Shown here: one piece after another, positions 19,389 through 29,130 of the stretch
Position numbering within the stretch: position 1 is the stretch's first letter
How the letters are laid out: each line of letters opens with the position of its first letter
Source of the DNA: Fidelibacterota bacterium
GTDB lineage: Bacteria; Fidelibacterota; Marinisomatia; Marinisomatales; UBA1611
Assembly (NCBI GenBank): GCA_018658715.1
Contig: JABHUQ010000111.1
Location: 6,280-70,279, forward strand
Length of the DNA stretch: 64,000 nucleotides
Reading direction: 5' to 3'
The notes under the pieces: model-generated
Databases searched by the model: none
What the model was told of the DNA's origin: nothing
The model's input: the letters and a program-made list of their open reading frames with translations, nothing else
Program-made: the position numbers and the translations under genes

Positions 19389-20516
19389 ATGGCACACGCA
19401 TATACACCGGGACTTAAAGTATTACATCAATCTGATGTAGAAAAAAATAGACGACTGCCAATTAAAGGGAAAGTCGTTAAAAATATTGGCGATAATGTAT
19501 CTCCCGATATGATTGTCGCTAAGACTGATTTGCCCGGAAATGTTCAAATGGTAAAGGTATCAAATTTGCTGAATATTGGGCCTGGAGATATTAAGGATGC
19601 AATGATTGTGGCTATTGGAGATCATGTGGATAAAGATCAAGTCATTGCTGAAATGGCTGGTCTCTTTGGTCTTTTTAAATCAGACGTTAAATCACCAATA
19701 GATGCAACAATTGAGTCCATTTCCGATATTACAGGCCAAGTTGTCTTAAGAGAAAAACCAATTCCTGTAGAAGTGGATGCATATATGTCTGGAACAGTGA
19801 AAGATATTATTCCTGAAGAAGGAGTTATCGTCCAAGCAACTGCTGCCTTCATACAGGGGATTTTTGGTATCGGTGGTGAAAGCCGTGGTGAAATTGTAAT
19901 GGTGACTGATAATAGGAGTGATGAAATTACTCCCAATCATATTTTAGAAGAGCATGCTGGGAAAATAATCGTAGGTGGTTCATTCATAAGTTTAGAGGCT
20001 TATCGGAAAGCAATTTCAATGAAAATAGCTGGTGTTGTTGTTGGTGGTTTTAATTATTTTGATCTTGAACCTATTTTGGGATATACATTGGGTGTAGCTA
20101 TTACTGGTAGTGAAGATTTAGGAACATCTTTAGTTGTAACTGAAGGATATGGGAAAATATATATGAGTGATAGAACATTTTCCTTATTGAAAGAACATGA
20201 AAACAACTTTGCGTCAATTAATGGGGCTACTCAGATTCGCGCTGGTGTTATTCGGCCAGAAATTGTTATTCCATTGAGTGATGCTCAAAAGTCAAATATT
20301 GAAGAAACTCGAGATCAGGAAATAGGAATCGGGGTTGGTAGTTTGGTCCGGATAATTCGTGCACCATATTTTGGTAAAATTGGAAAAGTAAAATTATTAC
20401 CTTCAGAATTGAATAAAATGGAATCAGAAACGATGGTACGCGTAGCAGAAGTGGATGTAAATGGAGACATCCTAATAGTTCCACGGTCCAATTTAGAAAT
20501 GCTGGAGACTAATTGA
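19389..20516 (+). CDS. Conserved hypothetical protein with barrel-sandwich hybrid repeats and a C-terminal KOW-like domain
   Basis: IGDNV..DMIVA / IGDHVDKDQVIA...VKSPIDATI lipoyl-like repeats; GVVVGG; TEGYG; IGVGSLVRIIRAPYFGKIGKV...VPRSNLE. Confidence 0.75.
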   Translation: MAHAYTPGLKVLHQSDVEKNRRLPIKGKVVKNIGDNVSPDMIVAKTDLPGNVQMVKVSNLLNIGPGDIKDAMIVAIGDHVDKDQVIAEMAGLFGLFKSDVKSPIDATIESISDITGQVVLREKPIPVEVDAYMSGTVKDIIPEEGVIVQATAAFIQGIFGIGGESRGEIVMVTDNRSDEITPNHILEEHAGKIIVGGSFISLEAYRKAISMKIAGVVVGGFNYFDLEPILGYTLGVAITGSEDLGTSLVVTEGYGKIYMSDRTFSLLKEHENNFASINGATQIRAGVIRPEIVIPLSDAQKSNIEETRDQEIGIGVGSLVRIIRAPYFGKIGKVKLLPSELNKMESETMVRVAEVDVNGDILIVPRSNLEMLETN

Positions 20517-20839
20517 ACTCTATCGCAACTCACTCCAATAATTCTGCTGATTTAACTCAGCAAGATATTCAATTTATCAAAAATATTGCAAAGAGAATTT
20601 ATAATTCAGGATTAGTGACACCTGCAGTTTTATTTCTAGAAATGACAAAGCCACTTTCCTTATTAGGAAGTCATTTTCTTGTATTCTTTGGTCCCATTAT
20701 TAATGCTTTTATTCGCGCAGAAAATTATTATAGGGCAACTGAAATAATGGAAGAACCAAAAAATGTGGAATTATTAATTAAAGAAATTGAAGCTTTAGAA
20801 TGGGCAAATGAAAAGCCCGAAACGGAGAAACACTCATGA
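20513..20839 (+). CDS. Small conserved hypothetical protein
   Basis: TTG start overlapping the upstream stop (TTGA), GGAG RBS; PAVLFLEMTKPLS motif with a hydrophobic core. Confidence 0.75.
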   Translation: MNSIATHSNNSADLTQQDIQFIKNIAKRIYNSGLVTPAVLFLEMTKPLSLLGSHFLVFFGPIINAFIRAENYYRATEIMEEPKNVELLIKEIEALEWANEKPETEKHS

Positions 20840-21699
20840 GAGACAAACAGTTCTGGATTGGTTCTGGTATTATTATAGTCTTTTTATTGATCTATAATAT
20901 AATTGGACATCCACATTTCTTAACAAATCGAACCGTCATGTTTTTTGCGATTTTATTATTCTCTGGAACGTTAATTTATTACACAAGAATGGCAATAATG
21001 GGAGAACCCATCTTCCTACGTGATATTCCGGGACTTAAAGCTGTTGAAGAAGCAGTCGGAAGATCCACGGAAATGGGCAAGCAAGTCCTTTTTGTCCCTG
21101 GTATAATGGATATGGACCAAGTCGAAACGGTGGCTGGCGTCATTGTATTGGGGCATGTGGCTAAAATGACAGCAAGATACGAAACGCCATTAAATGTGCC
21201 TGTATCACGAGCCATTGTGATGAAGGCAGGCCGAGAAGCATGTAAAGAATCTTACCTAATGGAAGGTCGTCCTGATTTATTTCAAGATGATATGGTGCAT
21301 TATTTAACTGATGACCAATTTGCTTATGCAGCAGGTGTAAATGGAATTATGGTTAGGGAACAGCCAGCTGCATGTTTGTATATGGGGAAATTTTTTGCAG
21401 AATCCCTCATTTTAGCTGAAACAGGGAATTCTATTGGAGCTATTCAAATTGCTGGTACAGCATCTCAGTCACAAATTCCATTTTTTGTTACTGCATGTGA
21501 TTATACATTAATCGGAGAAGAATTTTTTGCAGCTAGTGCCTATCTCTCACAAAAACCAGAATTATTGGGAGGCATCAAAGGTCAGGACGTTCTAAAGGCT
21601 ATTGTGGTTGGAACAATATTATTCGCAACCATTCTTAGATTTTTCCATGATATGGGTTGGGTGTCTTGGGATATCATGAAATTTTTAACCATTCAGTAG
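20836..21699 (+). CDS. DUF6754-like membrane protein
   Basis: LRDIPGLKAVEEAVGRSTEMG, QFAYAAG, AESLILAETG, QIPFFVTACDYTLIGEEFFAASAYL; TM segments at both termini. Confidence 0.75.
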   Translation: MRDKQFWIGSGIIIVFLLIYNIIGHPHFLTNRTVMFFAILLFSGTLIYYTRMAIMGEPIFLRDIPGLKAVEEAVGRSTEMGKQVLFVPGIMDMDQVETVAGVIVLGHVAKMTARYETPLNVPVSRAIVMKAGREACKESYLMEGRPDLFQDDMVHYLTDDQFAYAAGVNGIMVREQPAACLYMGKFFAESLILAETGNSIGAIQIAGTASQSQIPFFVTACDYTLIGEEFFAASAYLSQKPELLGGIKGQDVLKAIVVGTILFATILRFFHDMGWVSWDIMKFLTIQ

Positions 21700-21709
21700 G
21701 AATTTAATT

Positions 21710-22528
21710 ATGTTTTGGAAAAGAACTATTCCCATTGCCATCGTAGGTCTTGTGGGGTTTTTAACATTATTTGGCTGGTTTATCGATCAGCCCAACATTA
21801 AAGCATTCGTCGAAGATGATGCAACACAATGGTATGATATTTTAGCCAGTTTTGCCATTTTCCTTGGAGCATTAAACCTATTGAAAATGCAATCGCAAAA
21901 AATTCTTAAAAAACAAAAAGGATGGCAATACAGTATCTTCGCTGTTGGTGGATTTGTATTCTCAATATTAGCTGGATTTGTAATTAAGGGAAACGATGCT
22001 ATTCAATGGGGAGCACATGTTACTGGAAAAGGAACATTATTTAAATGGATGTTTGAATTTATGTTTACACCATTGGCAGCAACAATGTTTGCCCTATTAG
22101 CATTTTTTGTGGCATCAGCATCATATCGTGCATTTCGAATCAGAAATTTCGAAGCAACTCTTTTATTAGTTGCAGGAATTATAATTATGCTGGGTCGAGT
22201 TCCAATCGGGTTAAGAATATCGTCTTGGTTTGTTATGTATATTACATTGTTAGGATTTAGTATTGTTGTGAATACATATTTTAAAAATAAACAAATTACA
22301 TTAGCCTTTGTTGGGGGTGGGATACTCCTAATAACCATAGCAGGATACTTAATGGGATGGCCGATTGATGAGCCGGGATTATTTTACCTACCTGTTTTAC
22401 AAGATTGGATTTATAATATACCAAACGTAGCTGGAACAAGAGCAATTATGATTGGAATTGGACTAGGTATATTTGCAACATCAATGCGATACATTCTTGG
22501 CATTGAAAAATCATACATTGGAGAATAA
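21710..22528 (+). CDS. Polytopic membrane protein of the GlmL-like operon
   Basis: About 8 hydrophobic segments; PLAATMFALLAFFVASASYRAFRIR, RAIMIGIGLG. Confidence 0.8.
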   Translation: MFWKRTIPIAIVGLVGFLTLFGWFIDQPNIKAFVEDDATQWYDILASFAIFLGALNLLKMQSQKILKKQKGWQYSIFAVGGFVFSILAGFVIKGNDAIQWGAHVTGKGTLFKWMFEFMFTPLAATMFALLAFFVASASYRAFRIRNFEATLLLVAGIIIMLGRVPIGLRISSWFVMYITLLGFSIVVNTYFKNKQITLAFVGGGILLITIAGYLMGWPIDEPGLFYLPVLQDWIYNIPNVAGTRAIMIGIGLGIFATSMRYILGIEKSYIGE

Positions 22529-22530
22529 TC

Positions 22531-23379
22531 ATGAATAGTTTTTTAAATATGATTTCACAGTTTGGCCAATTAGATAGACGATGGATTTTCCTTATTATTG
22601 CACTTGTTGTATTGTTACCTTTATTCTTCCCAATAGGATTACCCATTCGTGCGACTGAATCTACAAGGCAAGTTTGGGAAACTGTTGAAAACCTAGAGCC
22701 AGAATCAAAGGTTCTAATGTCTTTGGAGTATGGACCAAGTACAAAACCAGAACTTCACCCTATGGCATTTGGCATCATTCGGCATTTGCTAAAAAATGGC
22801 CACAAAATATATATTACATGCTTATGGCCTGATGGCCAGTTCATGGCTGAAGATATCATAGAAAAAGTCATTGAAAAGGAATTTCCCCATAAATTCTATG
22901 GTGAAGATTTTGTTCTTTTAGGATTCAAACCAGGCAATGAAGCAGTTATAAAAGGGATTGTTAGTAATATTAGAAAATTATATACAGTGGATGCACGCGG
23001 AAAATCTGTAAATAGTATCCCAATGATGAAAGGTGTAAATCAATTTAAAGATTTTGACTTTCTATTTTCAGCAAGTGCAGGATACCCTGGCACCGTTGAA
23101 TGGGTACAGTACGCATCGGATCCAACAGGTGTTCCAATGAGCACAGGTACAACTTCTATTCAAGTGAATGAAGTGATGCCGTATGTGCAAGGTGGGCAAG
23201 TGAAAGGCATCTTAGCTGGTATGCCGGGAGCAGCCGAATATGAAGCATTAATTGGGATCCCTGGAATTGGAACAAGTGGAATGGATGCACAATCTATTGC
23301 CCATGTTGTTATAGTATTATTCATTGTTTTTGGAAATGTGGCTTTTTTCGTTGAACGGAAAAAATCACAAAAATATTAG
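22531..23379 (+). CDS. Membrane-anchored protein with extracytoplasmic alpha/beta domain (GlmL-like operon)
   Basis: N- and C-terminal TMs; EYGPSTKPELHP, YGEDFVLLGF, PY...GQVKGILAGMPGAAEYE. Confidence 0.8.
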   Translation: MNSFLNMISQFGQLDRRWIFLIIALVVLLPLFFPIGLPIRATESTRQVWETVENLEPESKVLMSLEYGPSTKPELHPMAFGIIRHLLKNGHKIYITCLWPDGQFMAEDIIEKVIEKEFPHKFYGEDFVLLGFKPGNEAVIKGIVSNIRKLYTVDARGKSVNSIPMMKGVNQFKDFDFLFSASAGYPGTVEWVQYASDPTGVPMSTGTTSIQVNEVMPYVQGGQVKGILAGMPGAAEYEALIGIPGIGTSGMDAQSIAHVVIVLFIVFGNVAFFVERKKSQKY

Positions 23380-23381
23380 AG

Positions 23382-24227
23382 GTGGTTGAAATGAGTGGTG
23401 AAATTATTGGTGCTTGGATAGCGGTATTTTTAACATTAGCTATTTTCTCCTATTTGTATAAAGATAATGCATTTTACAAAATCGCTGAACATTTATTTGT
23501 TGGAATTTCTGCAGGCTATTGGACATCCATGTTTTTTTGGACTCAGATTCAACCCAACCTATTTGGACGACTATGGCCATCAAGCCACTATAATGCTGAT
23601 TCTTTTTGGTATTCTATTTATAATGGGTTAAGCTGGTTTAGTAGTTCAGTATTTCCTGTTGGTGGAATCGATAAAGGTCATGAGTTGCATTTAATTTATC
23701 TTATACCATTTGCGTTAGGTATTATGATGCTATTAAGTGTGGTAAACCAATGGAGTTGGTTTGCACGGTGGGGTATTGCTTATACAGTTGGAATGGCAGC
23801 TGGCTTAAGGGCTTATGGCTATTTAAATTCAAATGTTATTGCTCAAGTTCGAAATTCTACGCTTAATTTTTCTGATCCTGATTTGCCAGTTTTTGCATTA
23901 ATAGGCAATAGCTATTTCAATGGATTACTTTTGCTAATTGGAACCATCGCTGGATTATTGTATTTCTATTTTTCTAAGGAGCATAAAGGCACATTTGGAA
24001 AAGTAGCACGTGTTGGTATTTATTTTCTAATGGTGAGTTTTGGCGCATCATTTGGATTTGCTGTAATGGGGCGAATATCTTTACTAATCGGTCGTTTTGT
24101 AGATTTGATTACTTATAATGGTGCTGAGTACCATCATGCTACGTCTTGGATATTGATAAGTATGATTATTCTATTAGGGTATTCAACATTTAAAAATGAT
24201 AATCATGGTGAAACCCCAGTAGAATAA
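23382..24227 (+). CDS. Polytopic membrane protein of the GlmL-like operon
   Basis: LTLAIFSYLYKDNAFYKIAEHLFVGISAGY, LLYFYFS, FLMVSFGASFGFAVMGR. Confidence 0.8.
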   Translation: MVEMSGEIIGAWIAVFLTLAIFSYLYKDNAFYKIAEHLFVGISAGYWTSMFFWTQIQPNLFGRLWPSSHYNADSFWYSIYNGLSWFSSSVFPVGGIDKGHELHLIYLIPFALGIMMLLSVVNQWSWFARWGIAYTVGMAAGLRAYGYLNSNVIAQVRNSTLNFSDPDLPVFALIGNSYFNGLLLLIGTIAGLLYFYFSKEHKGTFGKVARVGIYFLMVSFGASFGFAVMGRISLLIGRFVDLITYNGAEYHHATSWILISMIILLGYSTFKNDNHGETPVE

Positions 24228-24258
24228 ATTTTCTATAAAATACGTGTTATTTTAGTAT

Positions 24259-24280
24259 GAATGTGCCTTACGTCACATTC
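24259..24280. promoter_or_regulatory. CRP/FNR-family-like palindromic box
   Basis: GAA-TGTGC-CTTACG-TCACA-TTC in the intergenic region upstream of the two secreted-protein genes. Confidence 0.5.
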
Positions 24281-24344
24281 GAGGCTTTGAACCTTTCTTT
24301 TTTGTCTTGTGTCCATTATATTTCATCTCTGGGAACCTACCAAA

Positions 24345-25097
24345 ATGAACATATTTAGGCTAAAAAAGATCATTCTTGCGACTTTTACAATCGTGTCTAT
24401 CACGAGTCAAGTCTTTGGTGTTGAGCTAAATCAATTCATCGGGACCTGGACAGGGACTGAATCATTATCTAGCGATTTTGTTGATAATTATAGCAATAAA
24501 CCAATTTCGATTGATATTTCTGATGCAGAAAATAGGGAGGGGTTCCTCTCATTTTTATCTTCATCAGAATTTATTTTTAATGAAGATTTAATTTGGGCTA
24601 TCCATTATTTTACTTATGATAAAGAAACTCATCAAATTATTTTTTATAAATGCTTTATTACTCCGCTAGGCTTACTTGGGAATCACGAACTAAGATATAA
24701 TATTTTAGAAATTAATGAAAATCTCATGGTATTAGACTATAGTACGCAAGATAATGATACGGTACATCAGATCAGAGTTTCTAGAGATGCGCTGGGAGTT
24801 GACTCTAAATCGATAGCTTCAATTTTTAAATTATCACAAAACTACCCAAACCCATTTAATCCTGAGACTGCCATTCAAGTGAATCTTCCTCAAGATGAAT
24901 TTATTCAGCTTGAGATTCTAGATATTAGTGGACGAATTGTGAATCAGCTTGTTAAAGGTATACAATCTGAAGGTATTCATTCTTTTCGTTGGAATGGGAC
25001 TAATGCTTCAGGAAAATCTGTGAGTGCTGGAACATACATCTATCGTTTATCAAGTGAGAGTGGAATTGAATCTAAAAAAATGATTCTATTAAAATAG
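24345..25097 (+). CDS. Secreted protein with FlgD-Ig/T9SS type A-like C-terminal domain
   Basis: Signal peptide; lipocalin-like FIGTWTG start; C-terminal QNYPNPFNP...WNG...SAGTYIYRL...KKMILLK. Start reassigned to ATG 24345. Confidence 0.8.
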   Translation: MNIFRLKKIILATFTIVSITSQVFGVELNQFIGTWTGTESLSSDFVDNYSNKPISIDISDAENREGFLSFLSSSEFIFNEDLIWAIHYFTYDKETHQIIFYKCFITPLGLLGNHELRYNILEINENLMVLDYSTQDNDTVHQIRVSRDALGVDSKSIASIFKLSQNYPNPFNPETAIQVNLPQDEFIQLEILDISGRIVNQLVKGIQSEGIHSFRWNGTNASGKSVSAGTYIYRLSSESGIESKKMILLK

Positions 25098-25151
25098 ACA
25101 CTTTAGTTGTCTTTTTAATATTCCTATTTAATCATTCATTTCAAAATATCT

Positions 25152-25179
25152 GGGGCTTTATGAGAGGGGCTTTATGAGA
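25152..25179 (+). repeat. 14-bp tandem duplication spanning the start codon of the M6 protease
   Basis: GGGGCTTTATGAGA occurs twice; this creates the mini-ORF MRGAL* (25160-25177), which overlaps the main ATG. Confidence 0.9.
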
Positions 25180-28100
25180 AAAATTTTACTCATACCATTA
25201 TTTATTTTTCAATCTATATTATGGGCTACTTGGTTTAATAATGTTCCAAAAACTCTTTTACAACCAGATGGTGAAAAAGTAGAATGTTTTATTTCAGGTG
25301 ATCAATTTTATCATCGACTTCATGACAAATCTGGGTTTACTATCGTTCAAAACCCAGCAAATGGATATTTTGTATATGCCATAGAAAATGCAGATACTAT
25401 TAGACCATCTTCATTCATTGTAAATCAAATTGACCCAACCCAAATGGGATTGATCCCAAATCTTATGCTCTCATCTGAAGCATATCATGAACGTAGAAAT
25501 CTTTTTGAAGATGAAATTTCTCGTGATGGGCGTGATGCCCCTACGTCAGGAAATATCGAGCAAATCAATGTATTTATAAAATTTGCAGATGACCCTGCAT
25601 TTCCTAATCCACGATCTTATTATGATGCTGTTTTTAACTTAGAGAATGAACCTTCTTTAAAACATTATTTCCAAGAAGTTTCATACAATTCACTCGATGT
25701 AAACACACATCAATTCCCAGGCACTTTTACAGATGCTAATACAGCATACATTGATGAACATGAAAGAGGGTATTATAGTCCTTATACTAATACTAATCTG
25801 ATAGGATATCAAACGGATGCACAACGAAGTGAGCGTGAACATAATTTGTTAAAAAATGCTATTGAAGCTATTGCATCTCAAGTCTCATCAGACTTAGTGA
25901 TTGATGCAAATAATGACGGATATGTAGATGCTGTTTCATTTGTTATTTATGGTGAACCGGATGGGTGGGCGGAATTATTATGGCCCCATCGTTGGGCTCT
26001 ATATTCGGAAGATGTCTATATCCATGGCATTCGTGTTTGGGATTATATGTTCATGCTGAGTGAATCGTGGTACTTTAATGTGGGTGTTCTTTGTCACGAA
26101 TTTTTCCATGTATTGGGCGCTCCAGATTTATATCATTATGAAGATACAGGTGCTCCGTCAGCTGTTGGTGGTTGGGATATTATGGAATCTACTAGCCAGC
26201 CACCCCAATATATGTCTGCTTTTATGAAATATAAATATGGCGATTGGTTTGATAATATTCCTGAAATCACTGAATCGGGTCAATATGAACTAAATCCATT
26301 ACAATCTCCTGAGAATGCTCTCTATAAAATTGCATCCCCTAATTCTGAATCAGAATATTTCGTGGTTGAATATCGGAAAAAAGAAGGTATTTATGAAGTA
26401 AATACACCTGGAAGTCGATCTGGATTGGTAGTTTATCGAATTAATACAGAAGCGGGGAATGGAAATGCAGGTGGACCGCCTGATGAAATATATGTTTATC
26501 GCCCAGGAGGAACTTTATCAGCGAATGGGAATTTCAATAATGCTCCATATAGTAGTGATTACAACCATACAGCTATCAATGATGGTACAAATCCATCTAG
26601 TTTTTTATATAACAATGGGTCAGGTGCTCCTGGTGGTTTAAATATTTTTGATGTGGGTGAAGCTGGAGAAACAATTACATTTTATGTCGGATTTGGCATA
26701 CCGCATTTAGTTGTAACACCTGAATCTTATGAACCTTCTATTAATTTGAATAATATTTTAACTGAATCATTTGTTATAACCAATGAAGGAGATGATGGGT
26801 CTGCGGTAAATTATAGTGTGACGGCCACAGATCCACCTGCATTTGAGACGCCAGCACTGGGGCCAGATGGTGGGAATTACATTGTAGCATATTCAACCGA
26901 TGAAGTTTCTCTAGGCTATGATTGGATTGAAATAGAAGGACTGGGAACAGAAGCTATATTTGAACATAATGATGTATCAACAAGTCCAATATCTCTTCCT
27001 TTTGCATTCCCTTTTTATGAAAATAATTATTCCCAGTTCATTATTAACCCGAATGGATGGATTGGTTTTGGGGAAGATAATAGCAATTGGTCCAATGTAG
27101 AAATACCATCTCCGGATGGCCCGATTCCTGGTATTTTGGGATTTTGGGACGATTTAAATCCTGAGAATACAGCTGGCGGTGGTTCGCCTTCAGGAAATGT
27201 TTATTATCATTTTAATGATAATAGGATTGTTGTTTGGTATGATCATGTTGTTCGGTGGAATACATCTGATCCTGGGACTTTCGATTTCCAAATTGTCCTA
27301 TATCCTGACGGAGAATTCCGTGTGAATTATAGACAAATGACTGGTATTGTTAATTCTGCTACGGTTGGTTTTCAAAATGCTGAAGGAAGTGACGGATTAT
27401 TAATTACATATAACGCATCTATGCCAGATAATAATGAATTTACATGGGCAGCAGATCGACCTAACAATTTACCATGGCTTAGTTTAGACGGTCTTGTAGC
27501 CGGGCAATTAAATGGCGGAGAATCAAGCACTTTTACTGGAATTATCAATACGACCAATTTGAATGTTGGATACTATCAAGGATCCATTAACGTGGTAGGG
27601 GAAGGGGCAAATACAGTTTTAGTTCCGGTTAATTTGACTGTTACAGATAATAATGGCGATACACCAACACTTCCAGTTTTAGATATTTCATCTTCTGAAA
27701 ATGGTATTGTGGAGCTTCCAGACTGGGTAAACCCATTATTTAGGGATGCATTTAGCAGATACACACATATTCCAGTTAATAATGGAGATGTTATTCCGAT
27801 ACTAATCCAAGACGATTTAACAGAAAAACAAATCAATCATGTGCGGAAAATATTAGAATCTCATTTAACTTCGATTTTTGGAAGTGAATGGGGAAATGAC
27901 AAAACGGCTGTTCGAGATTCGATTGCGATGAGTAATGCTATTTTATTTTTATTGAATGATGAAGATGAATATGATAATCCAAATCTAGAAGCATTAATGA
28001 ATGCTGATGTTGTTGGACAAGATTTATTAGCAACCGAAATATTTCCAGAGTCAAGCCCGGAATATATAATGAGTTCTGAAAGAGATGCTAGTTATGAAGA

Positions 28101-29130
28101 AATTCTTCATTTCATTCATGGCTTTGGTATACAAAGTGCGTTTCCAAATTATCAAGATTCTTTATTGGTTGCCATGGAAAATGCGATTTCAAATAATATA
28201 TATAATCCACTATGGGATATTCCTCAGGAACATTATGATGAAGAATATTTAGCCATGGGTTTAGAATGCTATTTTGGACTTTGGTCACACGATCCAAATG
28301 AAAATGGCTATTGCGGAGATAATGAATATGCATTTATTACACGCGAAGAGATGGAAAATGGTGATCCAAAATTATTTGAATTAGTGAAAGGTTTCTTTGG
28401 GGAAACACTTGAATATGAAGCAGAATGGGGTGTGTCTGCGGGACTTGACTTTCTATTGCATAGAGAAGAATCATTAGACTATACACACCGTTCCCAATAT
28501 TTGAAGAATGCACGGTTAATTGGTGATAATACCATCAATCTATTAGGAAATAATTTTGATAATTTATTAGTCGGTAACGATGGTGTGAATAGACTAGCAG
28601 GATACGGCGGTCATGATGTTTTAATTGGTCAAATTGGAAATAATGATATTGCCAAATTTCAAGGCGAACCATCGGAATATACGGTTGTAGAAATGGATGA
28701 TGCGGATGGACATGATGATTACTTTATTACAGATTTAATTTCTAATCGTGATTCTACATGTCATATTATAGATATTCATTTATTAAACTTTAATGGAATT
28801 GTGTATGAAATCGAAAATTTACTTGATGTAAAGAATCAACTGATTCTTCCAACAGAAACCAAGTTGTTACCAGCATATCCAAATCCATTTAATCCAGTAA
28901 CTACCATTCGATACCACCTTGCCCAAAATGATTGGGCTCAATTAACGATTATTGATTTATTAGGACGTCCTGTCCGAACATTACTTCAGCAGCAAAAAAC
29001 AGCTGGAAAGTATAGTATAAAATGGGATGGAAAAAATGATGTTGGCCAACCTATGAGTGCTGGTATGTATTTCTATCAATTGCAGACGCAATATATGACA
29101 GAAACACAAAAAATAATCCTTATAAAATAA
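25174..29130 (+). CDS. M6 (immune inhibitor A-like) metalloprotease, multidomain, with C-terminal sorting domain
   Basis: QPDG propeptide, LWPH, GVLCHEFFHVLGAPDLY, WDIM Met-turn, EYFVVEYR; then a NIDO-like domain, an EEILH zincin-like domain, RTX-like repeats and a YPNPFNP CTD. Confidence 0.9.
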   Translation: MRKILLIPLFIFQSILWATWFNNVPKTLLQPDGEKVECFISGDQFYHRLHDKSGFTIVQNPANGYFVYAIENADTIRPSSFIVNQIDPTQMGLIPNLMLSSEAYHERRNLFEDEISRDGRDAPTSGNIEQINVFIKFADDPAFPNPRSYYDAVFNLENEPSLKHYFQEVSYNSLDVNTHQFPGTFTDANTAYIDEHERGYYSPYTNTNLIGYQTDAQRSEREHNLLKNAIEAIASQVSSDLVIDANNDGYVDAVSFVIYGEPDGWAELLWPHRWALYSEDVYIHGIRVWDYMFMLSESWYFNVGVLCHEFFHVLGAPDLYHYEDTGAPSAVGGWDIMESTSQPPQYMSAFMKYKYGDWFDNIPEITESGQYELNPLQSPENALYKIASPNSESEYFVVEYRKKEGIYEVNTPGSRSGLVVYRINTEAGNGNAGGPPDEIYVYRPGGTLSANGNFNNAPYSSDYNHTAINDGTNPSSFLYNNGSGAPGGLNIFDVGEAGETITFYVGFGIPHLVVTPESYEPSINLNNILTESFVITNEGDDGSAVNYSVTATDPPAFETPALGPDGGNYIVAYSTDEVSLGYDWIEIEGLGTEAIFEHNDVSTSPISLPFAFPFYENNYSQFIINPNGWIGFGEDNSNWSNVEIPSPDGPIPGILGFWDDLNPENTAGGGSPSGNVYYHFNDNRIVVWYDHVVRWNTSDPGTFDFQIVLYPDGEFRVNYRQMTGIVNSATVGFQNAEGSDGLLITYNASMPDNNEFTWAADRPNNLPWLSLDGLVAGQLNGGESSTFTGIINTTNLNVGYYQGSINVVGEGANTVLVPVNLTVTDNNGDTPTLPVLDISSSENGIVELPDWVNPLFRDAFSRYTHIPVNNGDVIPILIQDDLTEKQINHVRKILESHLTSIFGSEWGNDKTAVRDSIAMSNAILFLLNDEDEYDNPNLEALMNADVVGQDLLATEIFPESSPEYIMSSERDASYEEILHFIHGFGIQSAFPNYQDSLLVAMENAISNNIYNPLWDIPQEHYDEEYLAMGLECYFGLWSHDPNENGYCGDNEYAFITREEMENGDPKLFELVKGFFGETLEYEAEWGVSAGLDFLLHREESLDYTHRSQYLKNARLIGDNTINLLGNNFDNLLVGNDGVNRLAGYGGHDVLIGQIGNNDIAKFQGEPSEYTVVEMDDADGHDDYFITDLISNRDSTCHIIDIHLLNFNGIVYEIENLLDVKNQLILPTETKLLPAYPNPFNPVTTIRYHLAQNDWAQLTIIDLLGRPVRTLLQQQKTAGKYSIKWDGKNDVGQPMSAGMYFYQLQTQYMTETQKIILIK

